From the NCBI GenBank assembly GCA_012295275.1, contig CM022666.1:7068001-7132000 (forward strand): a stretch of 64,000 nucleotides of DNA, given 5' to 3'. Each line of letters starts with the position of its first letter. Position 1 is the stretch's first letter. Source of the stretch: Chrysomallon squamiferum. Its lineage: Eukaryota; Animalia; Mollusca. Below the pieces are notes generated by a model. The model ran no database searches and was not told where the DNA came from. It saw nothing but the letters and a program-made list of their open reading frames with translations. Shown in pieces: positions 38,701-53,477 of this stretch. The position numbers and the translations under genes are program-made.

Positions 38701-41700
38701 TCATGAAGAAAAAATATACCTATTTTTTTTTTTTATTATTACAGTATCAAAAGAATATTATTTTAAGTACGGTTTAAAAAAAAAAAAAAAAAAGATGAAG
38801 AAAAGAAGCATTTATATTAAATATAATATATAAATTATTTTAAAAATATATAATCATTATAATGATACTTTGATATGCATTAATTTAAACAAAAAATACA
38901 GTAAAAAGAATGAAAACAATTAAAATATCTACCCTCATTCTTTGATTTAGTTATCAATATTGTATGAAAAAATTAGCTACACTGGATGTGGAACATTTCT
39001 CAAAATGAATATTCTTAATTTCAGTTATGTCCTTTTGGATGATGTAACAAGAATCCCCACCATGCTCCCAAAACACCCCAAAACTCCTACAAACAAACAG
39101 CTTTATCAAAGTTATTAGCACTTAATTATCAAATATCTACTGATTAAAAATGTTTTGTTTTAAATCCATTTAAAAAATATATATATATATCATTTTGTCA
39201 CTTTTCTGTTACAGTTAAATATACAAAATGTTTCCTTTCTGATAACAAACATTCTTTTAATTTGTTAAATGAAAGATTAACTGGAAAGTTTTATATTATT
39301 TTTATTATTATTATTGTCAGTGTCATTGTTATTGTTAATCATATATATATGAATATGATTCAGTGATTAATTTAACAAAGATGGAATAGATGAAGCAAGT
39401 TTTTATATTATGAAGTTTTCAATTTTCAAAATTCTTTCCTTAAGTCCATCTTGTAACTGGGCAGGCTTTTTTGCAATCAAGGATTTAAAAATTTAAAATG
39501 TTTAAAAAAAAAAAATTTAAAACTATTTTATTTGTATTTCAAAAGATAATCAAGTTATAACTAAATTCTATAATTTTGACATTTTAACTATTCCAGACAG
39601 TTTGGAAGTCACTTTTGATATTTGTAACTGATCCTGATTAATTGTTCATTTTTTTATTATTATTTTTTTTTGTTTTCTCTCTGGTCTTGTCATCATATTA
39701 TCTACAATTTAATATGATTGCTTAACCAGTTTATAAGTTAATACTAAGACTGTCATTCATGTTGCAGCAGACATGTTATGTAAATTACCTAGGACGGATA
39801 GTCATGTAATAACACTAATATTTGTACCAGTGTGTGTAATATGTCTCACAGCTTAAGAGGATTGGTCACTTTATGTCCAGATGAGATTAGTTTCTCCTGA
39901 ATAAAGTTAATCTTGGTTTTGTCATTCCTTAAGCTGTTTCTGTTGAATAGCAGCCAGGAATTTCTTTTATAGAAATTTCATATATTTTTTTTTATTTTAT
40001 TCTTTACCAGTGATTCACATTCAGAGAAAAGTTAATGATGTTAATCTGTCAAGGAGGTTTGATCCTGTGACCTCTCATACTTGAGGTGAACACTGTAATA
40101 ATATTGCTGTGCCAAGTTGTCTGGAAAAATAAAGTGTATATGTATTAGTCTGCTGAAAAGTAATAGGTTTAGCTTACATAGGCTGAGTGTTATTAACCTT
40201 TTTAAATACACAGTATAATATATTGATGTGTGTTTTGCGAGTTTGATTATTTATGTGTGTTTTGTTGATGTATATTCTATATTTTAATTATAGTAATAAT
40301 AAAAAAAAATGGGAGGGGAAATTTTCTCTTTTTTGTACAGTTTATAAACGGCATAACTGCAGTACTAAGTAAATATGTGTGATGTTTGCATTGGTAGGTA
40401 TGTGTTTGTAACATAACACCTTTTAGATACAGTAATCTATAATGATGATGTAATACATTCCCGGTATTTTTCATACTGTTAATATATAAATTTCTGTATA
40501 TGACAGTTAACAAATACACCCTTCCATACACTTCTGTATAAACATAGAACAAATAAACACATGTGGACATCACCATATTATCATACAATGTACACATGTA
40601 CACACAGTCTGAGTACATACACCCCCACTCACTGTTGCATGTCTGTGTGTGTATTAATATCTCGTTTGACCTTCACACTACTGGCCTACATTGTAGACAA
40701 AGGTTGGGTCAGTGATATCATGCCTGTCTGTCATGTAAAGAGGACTAGGTGCATTTTACATTTCATGTTCAGTAATTTGAACATTTAAAACTTTCAAATA
40801 ACACTTTCCACATTAGCTGTTATATCTTCATGTTTATTTTCTTATTTACTTATTTATTTATTTATAATTTTTTAAGTGGATGGATGTGATATTTGATTTT
40901 GAAAAGGATCTATGTTGATTGTTTGGTTTTATTGTTACTCTGTTCTTTGTAATTATAAATTTTTGCAGCAAACTAATCAGGAATTGTTTTATTAATATTT
41001 AAGAATGTTAAATGCAGTATTAAAATTTTGGGTGTTTTTTTTATTGTTGCTGTTAATGTCATTTTTAAAATTATATTATTTATTTATTTAGTTCCCCACC
41101 CCCAGTTTGTATTTTATTTATTTATTTCATTTCATTTCATTTCATTTAAGAATCAACCTTATTATTATTTTTTTTCTTCAGTTTTTTGTTTCTTTACCAA
41201 AATACATTTATTAATTATTATTACTGTTTTTTTATCATTAATTAATTAATCAGTTAAATTTTATTTATCATCACTTTTTAAATTTAATTAGTATTATCAT
41301 TTTTCTTTTTACTGTGATTAGTTTTCCATTATTCATTAAATTTTATTTTTAATCTACTTTGATTTATTACATTTTAAATTTATTTTATTTAACTATGTAA
41401 ACATATACCCATTCCAAACATTTTTATCATTTCATGAATTCTGTTTTAAAATAACTAAACTTTGAAAACAATATCCACTGACAACCTACTGGTCAAAGTG
41501 ACTGGTTGTGCAAACTGGCACAGAGAGTGTGTATGTACTGTGTTAGATGAAAATAGTTCATCACATTAGACAGGACCTTACATTTATGGCCTGGAGCTGT
41601 GAAAAATTCAATACACTTCACTCTGTATTTTTGATCACTTTCATTAAGCTGTAGATAAGCCCTGGAATGTCATTTTGCTTGGTTGCAGTAGGTCACTGGG

Positions 41701-43556
41701 ACAAACAGTAGAACTGAGAATAGACTGTTCACTGAGGAGCTGCAGGTCACAAGGTCACTTCTCCTCAGTGCATCTTCTTGTCATTTTATATCATAGCTTG
41801 TATATAGTGAATCAGAAATGAAATATAATTAGGTTTTATGCTTTCCAGAAAAGTCAGATGAAATATTTCTGCTTAGTGGTAACGGTAATGTTGGTTTCTT
41901 TTTTCTTTGTTACAGTATGAAATGCTTGAAATGCCTAATGTCATTTAATATAATATAAAAGTGTCTTGAAATATCATTAAACTGAAATTTATTTATTGTG
42001 GGTGACATGGATCCTTAATATTGTTGCTTTAAATGTTTTTCCATGTTATTCTGATCTGATCTTTAATATTCATCTGTCTAAAAAATATTGTGAGATATGT
42101 TTCTTAGTGTTTGATATTAAAAAAATAATATGATTTGCAATATTGATCCTAAAAAAAATAAAAAATAAATAATAATATGTTTGTGTCTCATCAGTGTCAT
42201 CTGATGGTATTTGTGAGGTCATGATTGGAGTTGTTCATCATGTGCCAGTGCATTCCTGAATATTGTCTATGTGCAGAGTCTAATCAGACGTACATAAGAC
42301 AGAGAATGTTCAAAATCCTAAAAATTACACATGCATGCACCTGTACACATGCACACACACACACACACACATTCGCACACACTCACATACATGGTCACAA
42401 GGTTGTCTTGATGTCTGTGCCCTGAGAATGTGGGTAAATGGATCCCATACATTAGAATCTTGTCAGTAAGATTTGATGGGGTTCATACAGTCTTCCTGAA
42501 ATATAGTCTGTTTGCAGAGACTAATCAGAAGTACATAAGAAAAATAATAATCAATCCTAAAACACACACTCGTTTTCAGATGTACATTCAACTTAAGAAA
42601 ACATGCAGACACTTTAATACTTGAAGATCTTCCCAGAAATTTTTGCAGCTTTGATTTCCAGTGTATGTATTATTAATTAACGTAACTTTTTTTTCATAAT
42701 AGACATACAAACATTGGAGTTGTGCCAGCACAGCTTTACATATGAAAAACTGACACATATACAGTTACCCTATTTCAAGATCAACAAAAACAAAAACTGT
42801 CTTGCAGAATTTATTGGCCTTCATTTTGGATGCTTGCCATTTTATGCATATCCTTTGGGACACAGAGTTGTGCAGTTTTCAGCTATTCATAATATAAAGT
42901 CATTTTCTAAAGTCTGTGTTCAGATTCAATGTGTAATTGCAAAACTCACTTACAGCATTGAGTAATTGCAAAACTCACTGACAGCATTGTGTTGTAAAAC
43001 CATTTAGTGTACAGTTGTAAATGCCACAGGGTGTTTAGTTCAGATACAGTGGTAACTATCTTCTAATGCATACTGGTAAGTACTATTCAACATGCATTGA
43101 TAACTTTTTTTCATTTTACCAGTGCATGGAACATCTACATTGATAATTATCATTCAGTGTATATTTGCTGGCTGCTTTTCCTTGTTCTTTGCTACCTGGT
43201 ATTATTTGTATTTTGCTAACTACCATTTAGTGTGTGTTGGTTAGTGCCGTTTAGTAAACTTAGTTAACTTCTGTTTAATGTATAGTGGTAATTGTTATTT
43301 GGTGCTCATTGGTAACTGCCATTTGGTGTGCATTTATAACTATAATTTAGTGTACATTGGTAAATATTGTTTAGTGTATATTGATTGGTAAGTACTGTTT
43401 TTATATTGGTATTTATATTTTAGTGTATATTAGTGACTACCATTTAGTGGTTATTAATATTAAACATATTCTAGTAATCCTGCAGTTAATTATTTCAGTG
43501 ATTAACATGCTGTATGGAGTTATAATTCAAAAGAAAAAATTTAACTACTACCATTC

Positions 43557-45047
43557 ATTGTACAATGTGAATTCAGTTCAGTGTACAGTGATAACTTCAG
43601 TTCAGTGTACAGTGGTAACCAGTTCAATGTATAATGTGAATTCAGTTCAGTGTACAGTGATAACTTCAGTTCCATGTATTGTGGTAACTTCAGTTCAGTA
43701 TACATTGGTAATTTCAGTTCAGTGTACAATGTAACTTCAGTTCAGAGTACAGTGGTAACTTCAGTTCAGTGTACAATGTAACTTCAGTTCAATGTACAGT
43801 GATAACTTCAGTTCAGTGTACAGTGGTAACTTCAGTTCAATGTACAATGTAACTTCAGTTCAGTATACAGTGTAACTTCAGTTCCATGTATTGTGGTAAC
43901 TTCAGTTCAGTATACATCGGTAATGTCAACTCAGTGTACAATGTAACTTCAGTTCAGAGTACAGTGGTAACTTCAGTTCAGTGTACAATGTAACTTCAGT
44001 TCAGTATACATCGGTAATTTCAGTTCAGTGTACAATGTAACTTCAGTTCAGTGTACAGTGGTAACTTCAGTTCAGTGTACAGTGGTAACTTCAGTTCAGT
44101 GTACAATGTAACTTCAGTTCAATGTACAGTGATAACTTCAGTTCAGTGTACAGTGGTAACTTCAGTTCAGTGTACAGTGATAACTTCAGTTCAGTGTACA
44201 GTGATAACTTCAGTTCAGTGTACAGTGATAACTTCAGTTCAATGTACAATGTAACTTCAGTTCAATGTACAGTGATAACTTCAGTTCAGTGTACAGTGGT
44301 AACTTCAGTTCAGTGTACAGTGATAACTTCAGTTCAGTGTACAGTGATAACTTCAGTTCAATGTACAATGTAACTTCAGTTCAATGTACAGTGATAACTT
44401 CAGTTCAGTGTACAGTGGTAACTTCAGTTCAGTGTACAGTGATAACTTCAGTTCAGTGTACAGTGGTAACTTCAGTTCAATGTACAATGTAACTTCAGTT
44501 CAGTATACAGTGTAACTTCAGTTCCATGTATTGTGGTAACTTCAGTTCAGTATACATCGGTAATGTCAACTCAGTGTACAATGTAACTTCAGTTCAGAGT
44601 ACAGTGGTAACTTCAGTTCAGTGTACAATGTAACTTCAGTTCAGTATACATCGGTAATTTCAGTTCAGTGTACAATGTAACTTCAGTTCAATGTACAGTG
44701 GTAACTTCAGTTCAGTGTACCGTGGTAACTTCAGTGTACAATGAAACTTCAGTTCAGTGTTCAGTGATAATTTCAGTTCAGTGTACAGTGGTTACTTCAT
44801 TTCAATGTATACAGTGGTAATTTCAGTTCAGTATACAGTGATAATTTCAGTTCAGTGTACAGTGATTACTTCATTTCAATGTATACAGTGGTAATTTCAG
44901 TTCAGTATACAGTGGTAATTTCAGTTCAGTGTACAATGTAACTTCAGTTCAGTGTACAGTGTAACTTCAGTTCCGTGTGTTGTGGTAATTTCAGTTCAGT
45001 GTACAATGTAACTTCAGTTCAGTGTACAGTGATAACTGCAGTTCAGA
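43557..45047. repeat. 23/24-bp satellite array, roughly 60 units, with higher-order blocks
   Basis: Units CAGTGTACAGTG(G/A)TAACTTCAGTT and CAATGTACAATGTAACTTCAGTT; a variant block recurs near 43863 and 44503. Confidence 0.97.
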
Positions 45048-46219
45048 ATTTAGTACTATTGTCTGTACAGAAGATTTTCTGGCAGTCTTTTATTCCGTTT
45101 AGATTAGTGGCACCTTGTTTCTGGTTTGTTTAATGTGGCAACTACAATTGTTCTGCATAAAACCACATTTGAAATAAAAAAAAAAAAAAATCGCTAACAT
45201 TTTTCTGTTTCCCTTATGTGTAGCTGCGGTTCTTTTATTGTTTGTGTGAGAAACAGCAGCTCTTTGCTGTTTTGTGTTGAGTCGCAGCTCTGTGTAAAAG
45301 CTGTATGCTGGTTATTTCACAATAAGGAAGTGAAAGTGACATTGCCAGGTCAGTTGTAGATAGATATCTGTGGCTTTAGAGGTGAACAGAGTGTTAGAGG
45401 AAAGGCTTAATAACGGTATTACAGGTGAGACTGCTAAATGATTATTTTCTCATTGCTACTACTACTACTACTACTATTTTTACTACAACTGTCGTTGCTA
45501 CTAGTACTGTTATTACTGTTATTACTATTATTACTATTACTGCTGTTACTACTATTATGACTATTATTAACAGTGATATTATTACTAGTACTGCTGCTGC
45601 TATTATTACTACTACTTTACTGCAACTGTTACTACTACGACTACTACTACTACTACTACTACTATAACTATTATGACTACAACAACAACTTCTATCACCA
45701 CAACGATCACCATGACCACCACTACTATTACTGGTATTTAACTGGATTTTTTCCTAAATATTTAATCATTTTTTTAACTATTATATATCCAGTGCAAAGA
45801 TTAAACGGTTGTGTTTGACTTACAAGAATCCAAACTGTAATGATATATTTATTAATAAGGCTGAGAATACAAGTTTTATATTATTTTTCAGAACAGGTCC
45901 TATTACAATATATGCATTGCAATGTTGTGGACATTAAATTGATGGATTGTGGCAGTTTATTAGGAATAACTTCTAAAGAGAGATATATACTTTGCACCAC
46001 TCAGAAATGCTAATGGATTGATAATTGCTGAAATTATTTAAGTATGTGGTTATGTCCTGATATTTATTGATTTTCACTTCACAATTTTCATCTGTATCAC
46101 AATGAATAAATTATTTTACTTTTTATATTACACACTGTAACAATGATACGGAAGTATCATACAAGTTGCAGTGATATTAAAATGTTAATATGACTTCAGG
46201 TGGTAATAGTAATAGCAGC

Positions 46220-46590
46220 AAATAAAATAAACATCCTTTCCCCCCAGAATTATTATTATTATTTTTTTAACTTTTCATACATTTTAGTAAATTTTAAGTT
46301 TTATTTATTACATTTGTTAGAAGTTTCTTCTTCATAAATCTTCTGGCAATGTCATCATCATTTTCTGTTATTAAGTCTTCTTCAGTATCATTTGTCCTTG
46401 GATCTCTAACCACTGTCATTCTTCAGTATCATTTGTCCTTGGATCTCTAACCACTGTCATTTATTAGGGGAAATTTGTAGTCATGTTGGCATTTTCTAAT
46501 TTCCAGTGGGCATTTTCTTATTTTCTAATGACATGGTGTTATTTATAGTCTAGTCATTTACATGATGTCTAAAATTTGCTAGTCATGTTG
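46220..46590. repeat. Direct repeat copy 1 (partner about 47795-48108)
   Basis: Near-identical ACTTTTCATACATTTTAGTAAA...GGATCTCTAACCACTGTCATT block; this copy has an extra internal tandem duplication of about 40 bp. Confidence 0.9.
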
Positions 46591-47202
46591 GCAATAACTA
46601 AAACTGAATGGAAAAAATTGCTTTCTTAAATTGTCAATTGTTTTTGAAAACATGTCCAAACATAATTTTAAATTCTCAAAATGACAAACGTGTATCTTTC
46701 TGAAGTTGTCAATATTTATAGATTTCATTTCATAGCAAGTGTATTTTTGCATACATACATTTATATACTGACTTATTTACTTATTTACATTCTTATTACT
46801 TAATGTACTTACTTCCATAGCAAAACATGAGAAATAAATAGACTTTAAAAAAGGAAAAAGTGGCAGACTTCATCAAAGGTCACTGTATTATTGTTATACT
46901 TTATTGTTAGCAAAGATTGTAAAGCAGTATATCTGTATATAACATTCCTACTAAAATACAACATCAGATTTTCACCTTAAGTCTTCTTCCCTGTAGAGAA
47001 ATAAAATGCAGATTAAATGAACATGAATAAGTAAAGAAGTCATTGACCTTCTATTTTGAAATTAGAAATGGGGTCGTAAGAGTATTGAGGTTAATTCTGC
47101 TTCGTTTTCTGCAGTCATGCATGTCATTCTTGATTATACCACAGAGAGCATGACCATTACTGTGTCCACTTTTATTTTAGAATCACTTTGTCCAGTGTGT
47201 AA

Positions 47203-47497
47203 TAATAATACCAGTATATTAGAAAGAAAGTGAAAAATTTAAGTGAAATAATGAAAGACTAAGTTAGTGAATAAATGAACGATTGAATAATTAAAATTAG
47301 TGAATGAATGAATGAAAGGATGAATAATAAATGAAGTGATGAATGTAACAATAATACCTGTATATTAGAAAGAAAATGAAAAATTTAACTGAAATAATGA
47401 AAGACTAAGTTAGTGAATAAATGAACGAATGAATAATTAAAATTAGTGAATGAATGAATGAATGAAAGGGTGAATAATAAATGAAGTGGTGAATGCA
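47203..47497. repeat. Tandem duplication, about 147 bp x 2
   Basis: AATAATACC.GTATATTAGAAAGAAA.TGAAAAATTTAA... appears twice. Confidence 0.9.
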
Positions 47498-47794
47498 AAA
47501 TGGATAATTAGTAAAAGTGCTTACAAATTATTAAGTAAATAAATTAAAGAATAAATTAATAAAGATTAGGTAAGTAAAATTAATAATGCCATTGTTATAT
47601 GATAGTTAAAATTATTGCCAGTTTGATAACATAAAAACAAGAAATTAAAACTGGGGAAGGCAGTAGTTTCCTGGTTTTAGAACACCTGGCAAAGTATTAA
47701 ACTCTTTGCAGGGTCTTATATTAAAAACAAAAACCAGATTAGAACACCACTGGAAAAATAAAATCTCCCCAAAATCCTGCCAAAAATAAACAAA

Positions 47795-48108
47795 ATGAAA
47801 TAAACATCTTTTCCCCCCAACAATTATTATTATTTATTTTTTTTTTTTGACTTTTCATACATTTTAGTAAATTTTAAGTTTTATTTATTACATTTGTTAG
47901 AAGTTTCTTCTTCATAAATCTTCTGGCAATGTCATCATCATTTTCTGTTATTAAGTCTTCTTCAGTATCATTTGTCCTTGGATCTCTAACCACTGTCATT
48001 AGTCGTGCATTTTCTGATTTCCAGTGGGCATTTTCTTATTCTCTAATGACATGGTGTTATTTATGTCTAGTCGTTTACATGATGTCTGGGGAAATTTGTA
48101 GTCATGTT
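47795..48108. repeat. Direct repeat copy 2
   Basis: Matches 46220-46590. Confidence 0.9.
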
Positions 48109-49170
48109 GTACGAATCTTTATAATTGTTTGTCTTTGTGTAACTTAGCACTGTATGAACTGAATAACAGCAAGTTAGTCATGTTACTGGAATTTTCACAG
48201 CCTGCTTTTTTTTTTTTTTTCTCCAGAATTAACTATAAAAGAAAGACCCTGTCTTTTAAAAAAGTTTAAAACTGAGAAACTGTTTTATATTACTTTGCCC
48301 ATTATTCTTCAGTTCATCTTTTAACTGTTAAAATCACTATTTTGATCATCTGATCATTTCTCATTTCTACTGATTTTGTCATCAGGTGACATTTCATGTA
48401 TTTAACTGTTCAACATCTAATGTATTGAACAAAATGAAATAATGAAGGTGTTTTGATGGATGTTCTCTATATATAAAAAAGAAGAAATGTTTAATGAAAA
48501 TATAATTTACCTGATCATGTTGGTTTTATTATAAAGCTGCTTCCAGAAGGAACCAAGATGCTTTTTTCTGGTTCATTTATATAAGATGCCTGATATACTT
48601 TTTTTGTTTGTTTGTGCTCTCAGTATGTAAATGATCATGTAGAATATATAAAATAAAGTCATCACACAAAAGTCATAGTTTCAAAGTTGCACTAAACTTC
48701 AAAAAATGACAGTTTATTTGACAGATTAGAACATCTTTTTCTGGTTTCATCCATCATGTTTCAAGAAATAATGAGCATAAAAAAAATTATGCTCATCTAG
48801 AATATGTGGTAATTGTTTTTAGACTTGAATATTAGCTCACTTCTCTTTTTCTGGTTGTATCCCATAACTAAGCTCAGAGCTGCTAAAAAGATCAGTATGT
48901 CTAAAATAATAGCTTCAGAAAAATTTAATTGATTTTGAAATAATTAAAGCTTGTGACTTAATATTAAAGGGAGTATGACTGCTTTATGGTTATTGTATTA
49001 GATTTTCAGATATTTTTTTTTCCCTCACAATCTCCAGGGTATTATTGTTTGGTATTATGTGAAATGTCAGTACAAAAATGAGCTATGATATTTTTTTTTA
49101 GAAAGAAAACAATAAAACAATGAAAAAAAAAAAAACCCACAAAAAAACCCGGACAATAGAATTATAATTT

Positions 49171-49241
49171 AACCCTTGATGGGTTTTGAACCAGAGTTGA
49201 CAGCTTGAAAGGCCAGTGCACTAACAACAATCACCAACTGC
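49171..49241 (-). pseudogene. Decayed tRNA-like sequence or tRNA-derived SINE head
   Basis: Minus strand has an anticodon-loop-like CTTTCAA and B-box-like GGTTCAAAACCC at tRNA spacing, but the stems are broken. Confidence 0.4.
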
Positions 49242-50100
49242 ACAAAAACTCGTGTTTTTGGAAGATTTTGTGTTTGTCATAGGAAAGTAAACTCTTTTTC
49301 TTGATCATTTTTCAGCCAGCGTCATTACGTTGGCATCGTTGGCTGTAATTTTTCTGTGGCTGAAGGGAATGCTTGTAATAGAAATATCAAAGCACTTCTG
49401 ATCCAAGTATAAATAATCAATAGGAAGGCGAGGGAAAACTTTGTCGATGTAACACTGAACACAAATTTACCGATTTTGGCGGCAAGATTTGTCCTGCATT
49501 ATTTGATTTATTGAGGTAATTATTATTCATAAAGCAAAATTAGGTTCATTGTTCAACATGCTGAAATTAATAATTTCCAGTTTCTGTCTGCAGTTGAGTT
49601 GCCATGTTGAATGTTGTTTTTCTTCATCAGTTGGTCAATATAATCTGTTTCTGTGATCTGGGAATATTGTCGAGTCGTGTAGTGGATCAGAAATTATCGA
49701 GTCATTTTAATGGGGATGATTTAGTAACGCACAATGCTCAGTGTTAAATTTCTGGTGTAATGTAATTAGTTAATGTGATAATTTGCATCATAATTAGACA
49801 GATCTGCATTTAATTTGATGCTGACAAGATTTAATATTGATGTTATATAATAATATAATTTTCTATCCTTTTTTTTATTAATATTTTTAAATTATTTATT
49901 TGTTATGTTACTTGTATTAATATTTATTTCTGTTGATTCATTTATTATTTATTTATTTATTTACTACTACTACTACTTCTACTATTACTAATGCTAGAGT
50001 TACTATTACTGCTACTATGTCTGCTGTTACTACTACTATTATATCTATGGCAACTACTGCTACTACTACTTTCACCACCACCATTATTACTACTACTACT

Positions 50101-50140
<40 letters not shown>

Positions 50141-50326
50141 TACTATTGGATTGTAAACAATACAGACCTTGTATACCTTTCAGTAAGATCAGACCAATCT
50201 ATTATGACAGGTTTGAACTTGAAAATGCCAATTACTTTGTACACAATAATATAACAAAGATAGTTATCTATCAAAGTTATATACATGCAATATATTATTA
50301 TTTTTATTTTTATTTGTTTATTATTA

Positions 50327-50398
<72 letters not shown>

Positions 50399-50703
50399 GT
50401 TTATTTCCCCCACCCCCAGTTGTAATGACATTTTTTTTCAGTATTATAATGATACTTAATAACTGACTATTCAAGTAAATAATACTTAGTCACAAATTTA
50501 ATACATACTGTTCTGCTCTGAATAATGTTCTGTAGCATAACAAAAATGAATGTCAGTATGGCATGATCCTTAAATGGAACAGACTAAACCCAGTTACATA
50601 AAAGAGACATAAAACCAGTCAACATAAATTATTCTTTGGTATGTATCAGGTCAATGGCCTACTCTTTCTTGGCTTATGAACCACAGAAGATATTTTAGTT
50701 TGT

Positions 50704-50748
<45 letters not shown>

Positions 50749-51016
50749 GCTTGTATATATGTTATCGCTACATACACAAATGCTATAATATAAGATTTTT
50801 GGACTTGTATAATGAACTTCCGAAAGACCATAAGTGCTTTCTTTTTTTTCTTTTTTTTTAAATATTTCACATAATTGCATACATTTATAAATGTATATAC
50901 AGGTACATGTACCTGCATAGGTGCAAGTACATTTCTGCATTCACACTCAGATCCATAGAAGTATATTCAAGCATACAGAAAACAGCATGCACACAGAACT
51001 GAATAAACACATTTGG

Positions 51017-51059
<43 letters not shown>

Positions 51060-51184
51060 AGTAGCAATACATAATTATACCTGAATCTTAAACACATTCT
51101 TGGCAGATGTTTCTGTGTAATCTAAAATGACTTTGTTTCCTTCTTTTTCTTCTTCAAACACAGATCTTCAGCTGAGAAGACAAG

Positions 51185-51213
51185 ATGGTTATTTTAGAAG
51201 TGGAATCAGTTGT
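51185..51213 (+). CDS. Candidate upstream coding micro-exon of the mitochondrial carrier (exon 51164-51213)
   Basis: Polypyrimidine tract and CAG at 51163, donor GTAAGT at 51214; ATG 51185 splices in frame to 56060 without stops. Confidence 0.6.
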
Positions 51214-51945
51214 GTAAGTTTTTTTTTTAACTTTTACTTCATGTATTTGTTCAATCAGTGTAAATACAAGAACTTAAAATTGTTAATTTTGTTATGACAG
51301 TATGTTATCCAAACATCAAATGGATACTTTCATTAAAAGCCAGAAATTTATTTCAGTTTAAAATAATAATAATTGTGTTGTTATTAATAGTAATCGTAAT
51401 ACTTTTACCAGAATGAAATTTAGGTTATGACAGTATATCCAAATATCAAACAAAACCTTTGATTACAAGCTATGAATTTTATTTAATTTAAAAAAAAATA
51501 AAAATAAAAATAAAAATACAAAATTAATAATAATAATAATAATTAATTAATTTAAATTAATAATTTCATAATTTTTCATTTTTATATTACAAATAGAACC
51601 TGAATCAAGTGTAACAACATTTGAAATTAATCTGCTGAAACACCGACCATTCATAGAAATAGAATATGCACTGATATGTATTTCACCATTACATTCACAG
51701 TGCACAAACTAGCTGTACCAAAATGCAGAATGAGATAAATAAAAGACATGTGTTAACACTTTTCCTCTCTAGGTTATCATGACAATGTCAAAGTGAATGA
51801 TTACTGGACTGTATTTCAAATTCAAAAACCTTTTATGAACTCTTTTCAGAACCTGTTGGGATAACTCTATTAGAAATAAGTTTTAAAAAAGTTTAAAAAA
51901 AGAAATGAAAATGTATGTGAAGGTAGAAGAAATATGGTGTATTTG

Positions 51946-52082
<137 letters not shown>

Positions 52083-52193
52083 TGAGTATGTCTGTTGTGT
52101 GTGAGAGTGTGTGTGGGTGGTGTGTATATAAGGATACGTGTGATAGCTATAAACTATTTGGATATATAAACAGACAGCTGGAGACATGTGACG

Positions 52194-52234
<41 letters not shown>

Positions 52235-52808
52235 TACATGAACCTGTTGAAAACATTATACAGTTTAATTAGCAAAAAGATATTTCAAATTTTTGTTATA
52301 AACAGACACCTGGAGACATATGTTTTGCAGGTTCACATGTGTGTTTATTTCTGTACATAAAAGTTCAGTTTGAAATATTTTTTGCTTGCAGGTTCACATA
52401 TGTGTTTATTTCTGTACAACTGTATAAAATATCTTTTGTCAGATTTGTGACATATGGAAATATATTTTTAAATATACCTACCATTGTTCTAGCTTAAAAT
52501 GCATTTGTTTAGGCAGACATTTTTTTATTTTTTTTTTTTTTTATATCTGCATAATATAATGGCATGTATTGTAAAAAAAATTCCATATGGCTTCATATTG
52601 TGTTACTTTATACATGTTTAATTGTTTAATTTTGCCACATGACAAAGAAAATGGCAACAATAAGCAAAAAAAAAGAAAAAAAAAAAAAAAAAAAAAAAAA
52701 TATATATATATGTATATATAATAACAATAAATTAAAATAATAAAAGTAAAAAATAAATCAATAATGAAAAAAAAAATAAAAAATAATAATAAAATAATAT
52801 AATAATAA

Positions 52809-52840
<32 letters not shown>

Positions 52841-53241
52841 TAATAATAATAAAAAACAAAAATAATAATAAATAAATAAATTAAAAAAATTTAAGTGAAA
52901 AAAAAATTTAAAAAAATGAAATAGAAAGAAGAAAAACAACAAATAAACTTCTAACTTAATTTTACACATTTTTGTTTCTGAACACACCCAAACACTCCTT
53001 AACTCTACTTTTGTTTAGAGGTCACTGATACTATTGTACCAATCAGAAAGTCTCTCATATCTGGTGTCCGGGATAGATTCCTCACTGTAAACCTCTGTAA
53101 TCTTTACATCGTTCACACTGATTTGTAAACAGGCTAAATTTTACTGCAGGGCAAGCATTTATCTTACTATATAGGTAATATGTTTAGTTTTACTATTTTT
53201 TTGAATTTTTTTCTACTTCTTCATCTTTTTTTTTTTCTTAT

Positions 53242-53272
<31 letters not shown>

Positions 53273-53285
53273 TCATTATTATTAC

Positions 53286-53334
<49 letters not shown>

Positions 53335-53477
53335 GTCATCATCGTCATCATCATTAATAAAATCATTTTCATTTCATAGTAATATCAATAAATGAAAGTT
53401 TACAAAATTAACTTGTTAACAAATAAAAACATAATTACCACTGCAGATATAAAATATAAATTATCACATTTTAATTT

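Noticed and set aside
43381-44492. SVQCTVIT-repeat ORFs
   Set aside because: Translations of the 24-bp satellite, broken by 23-bp units.
49171-49241. Functional tRNA-Glu
   Set aside because: Acceptor, D and T stems do not pair; kept only as a decayed tRNA-like sequence.
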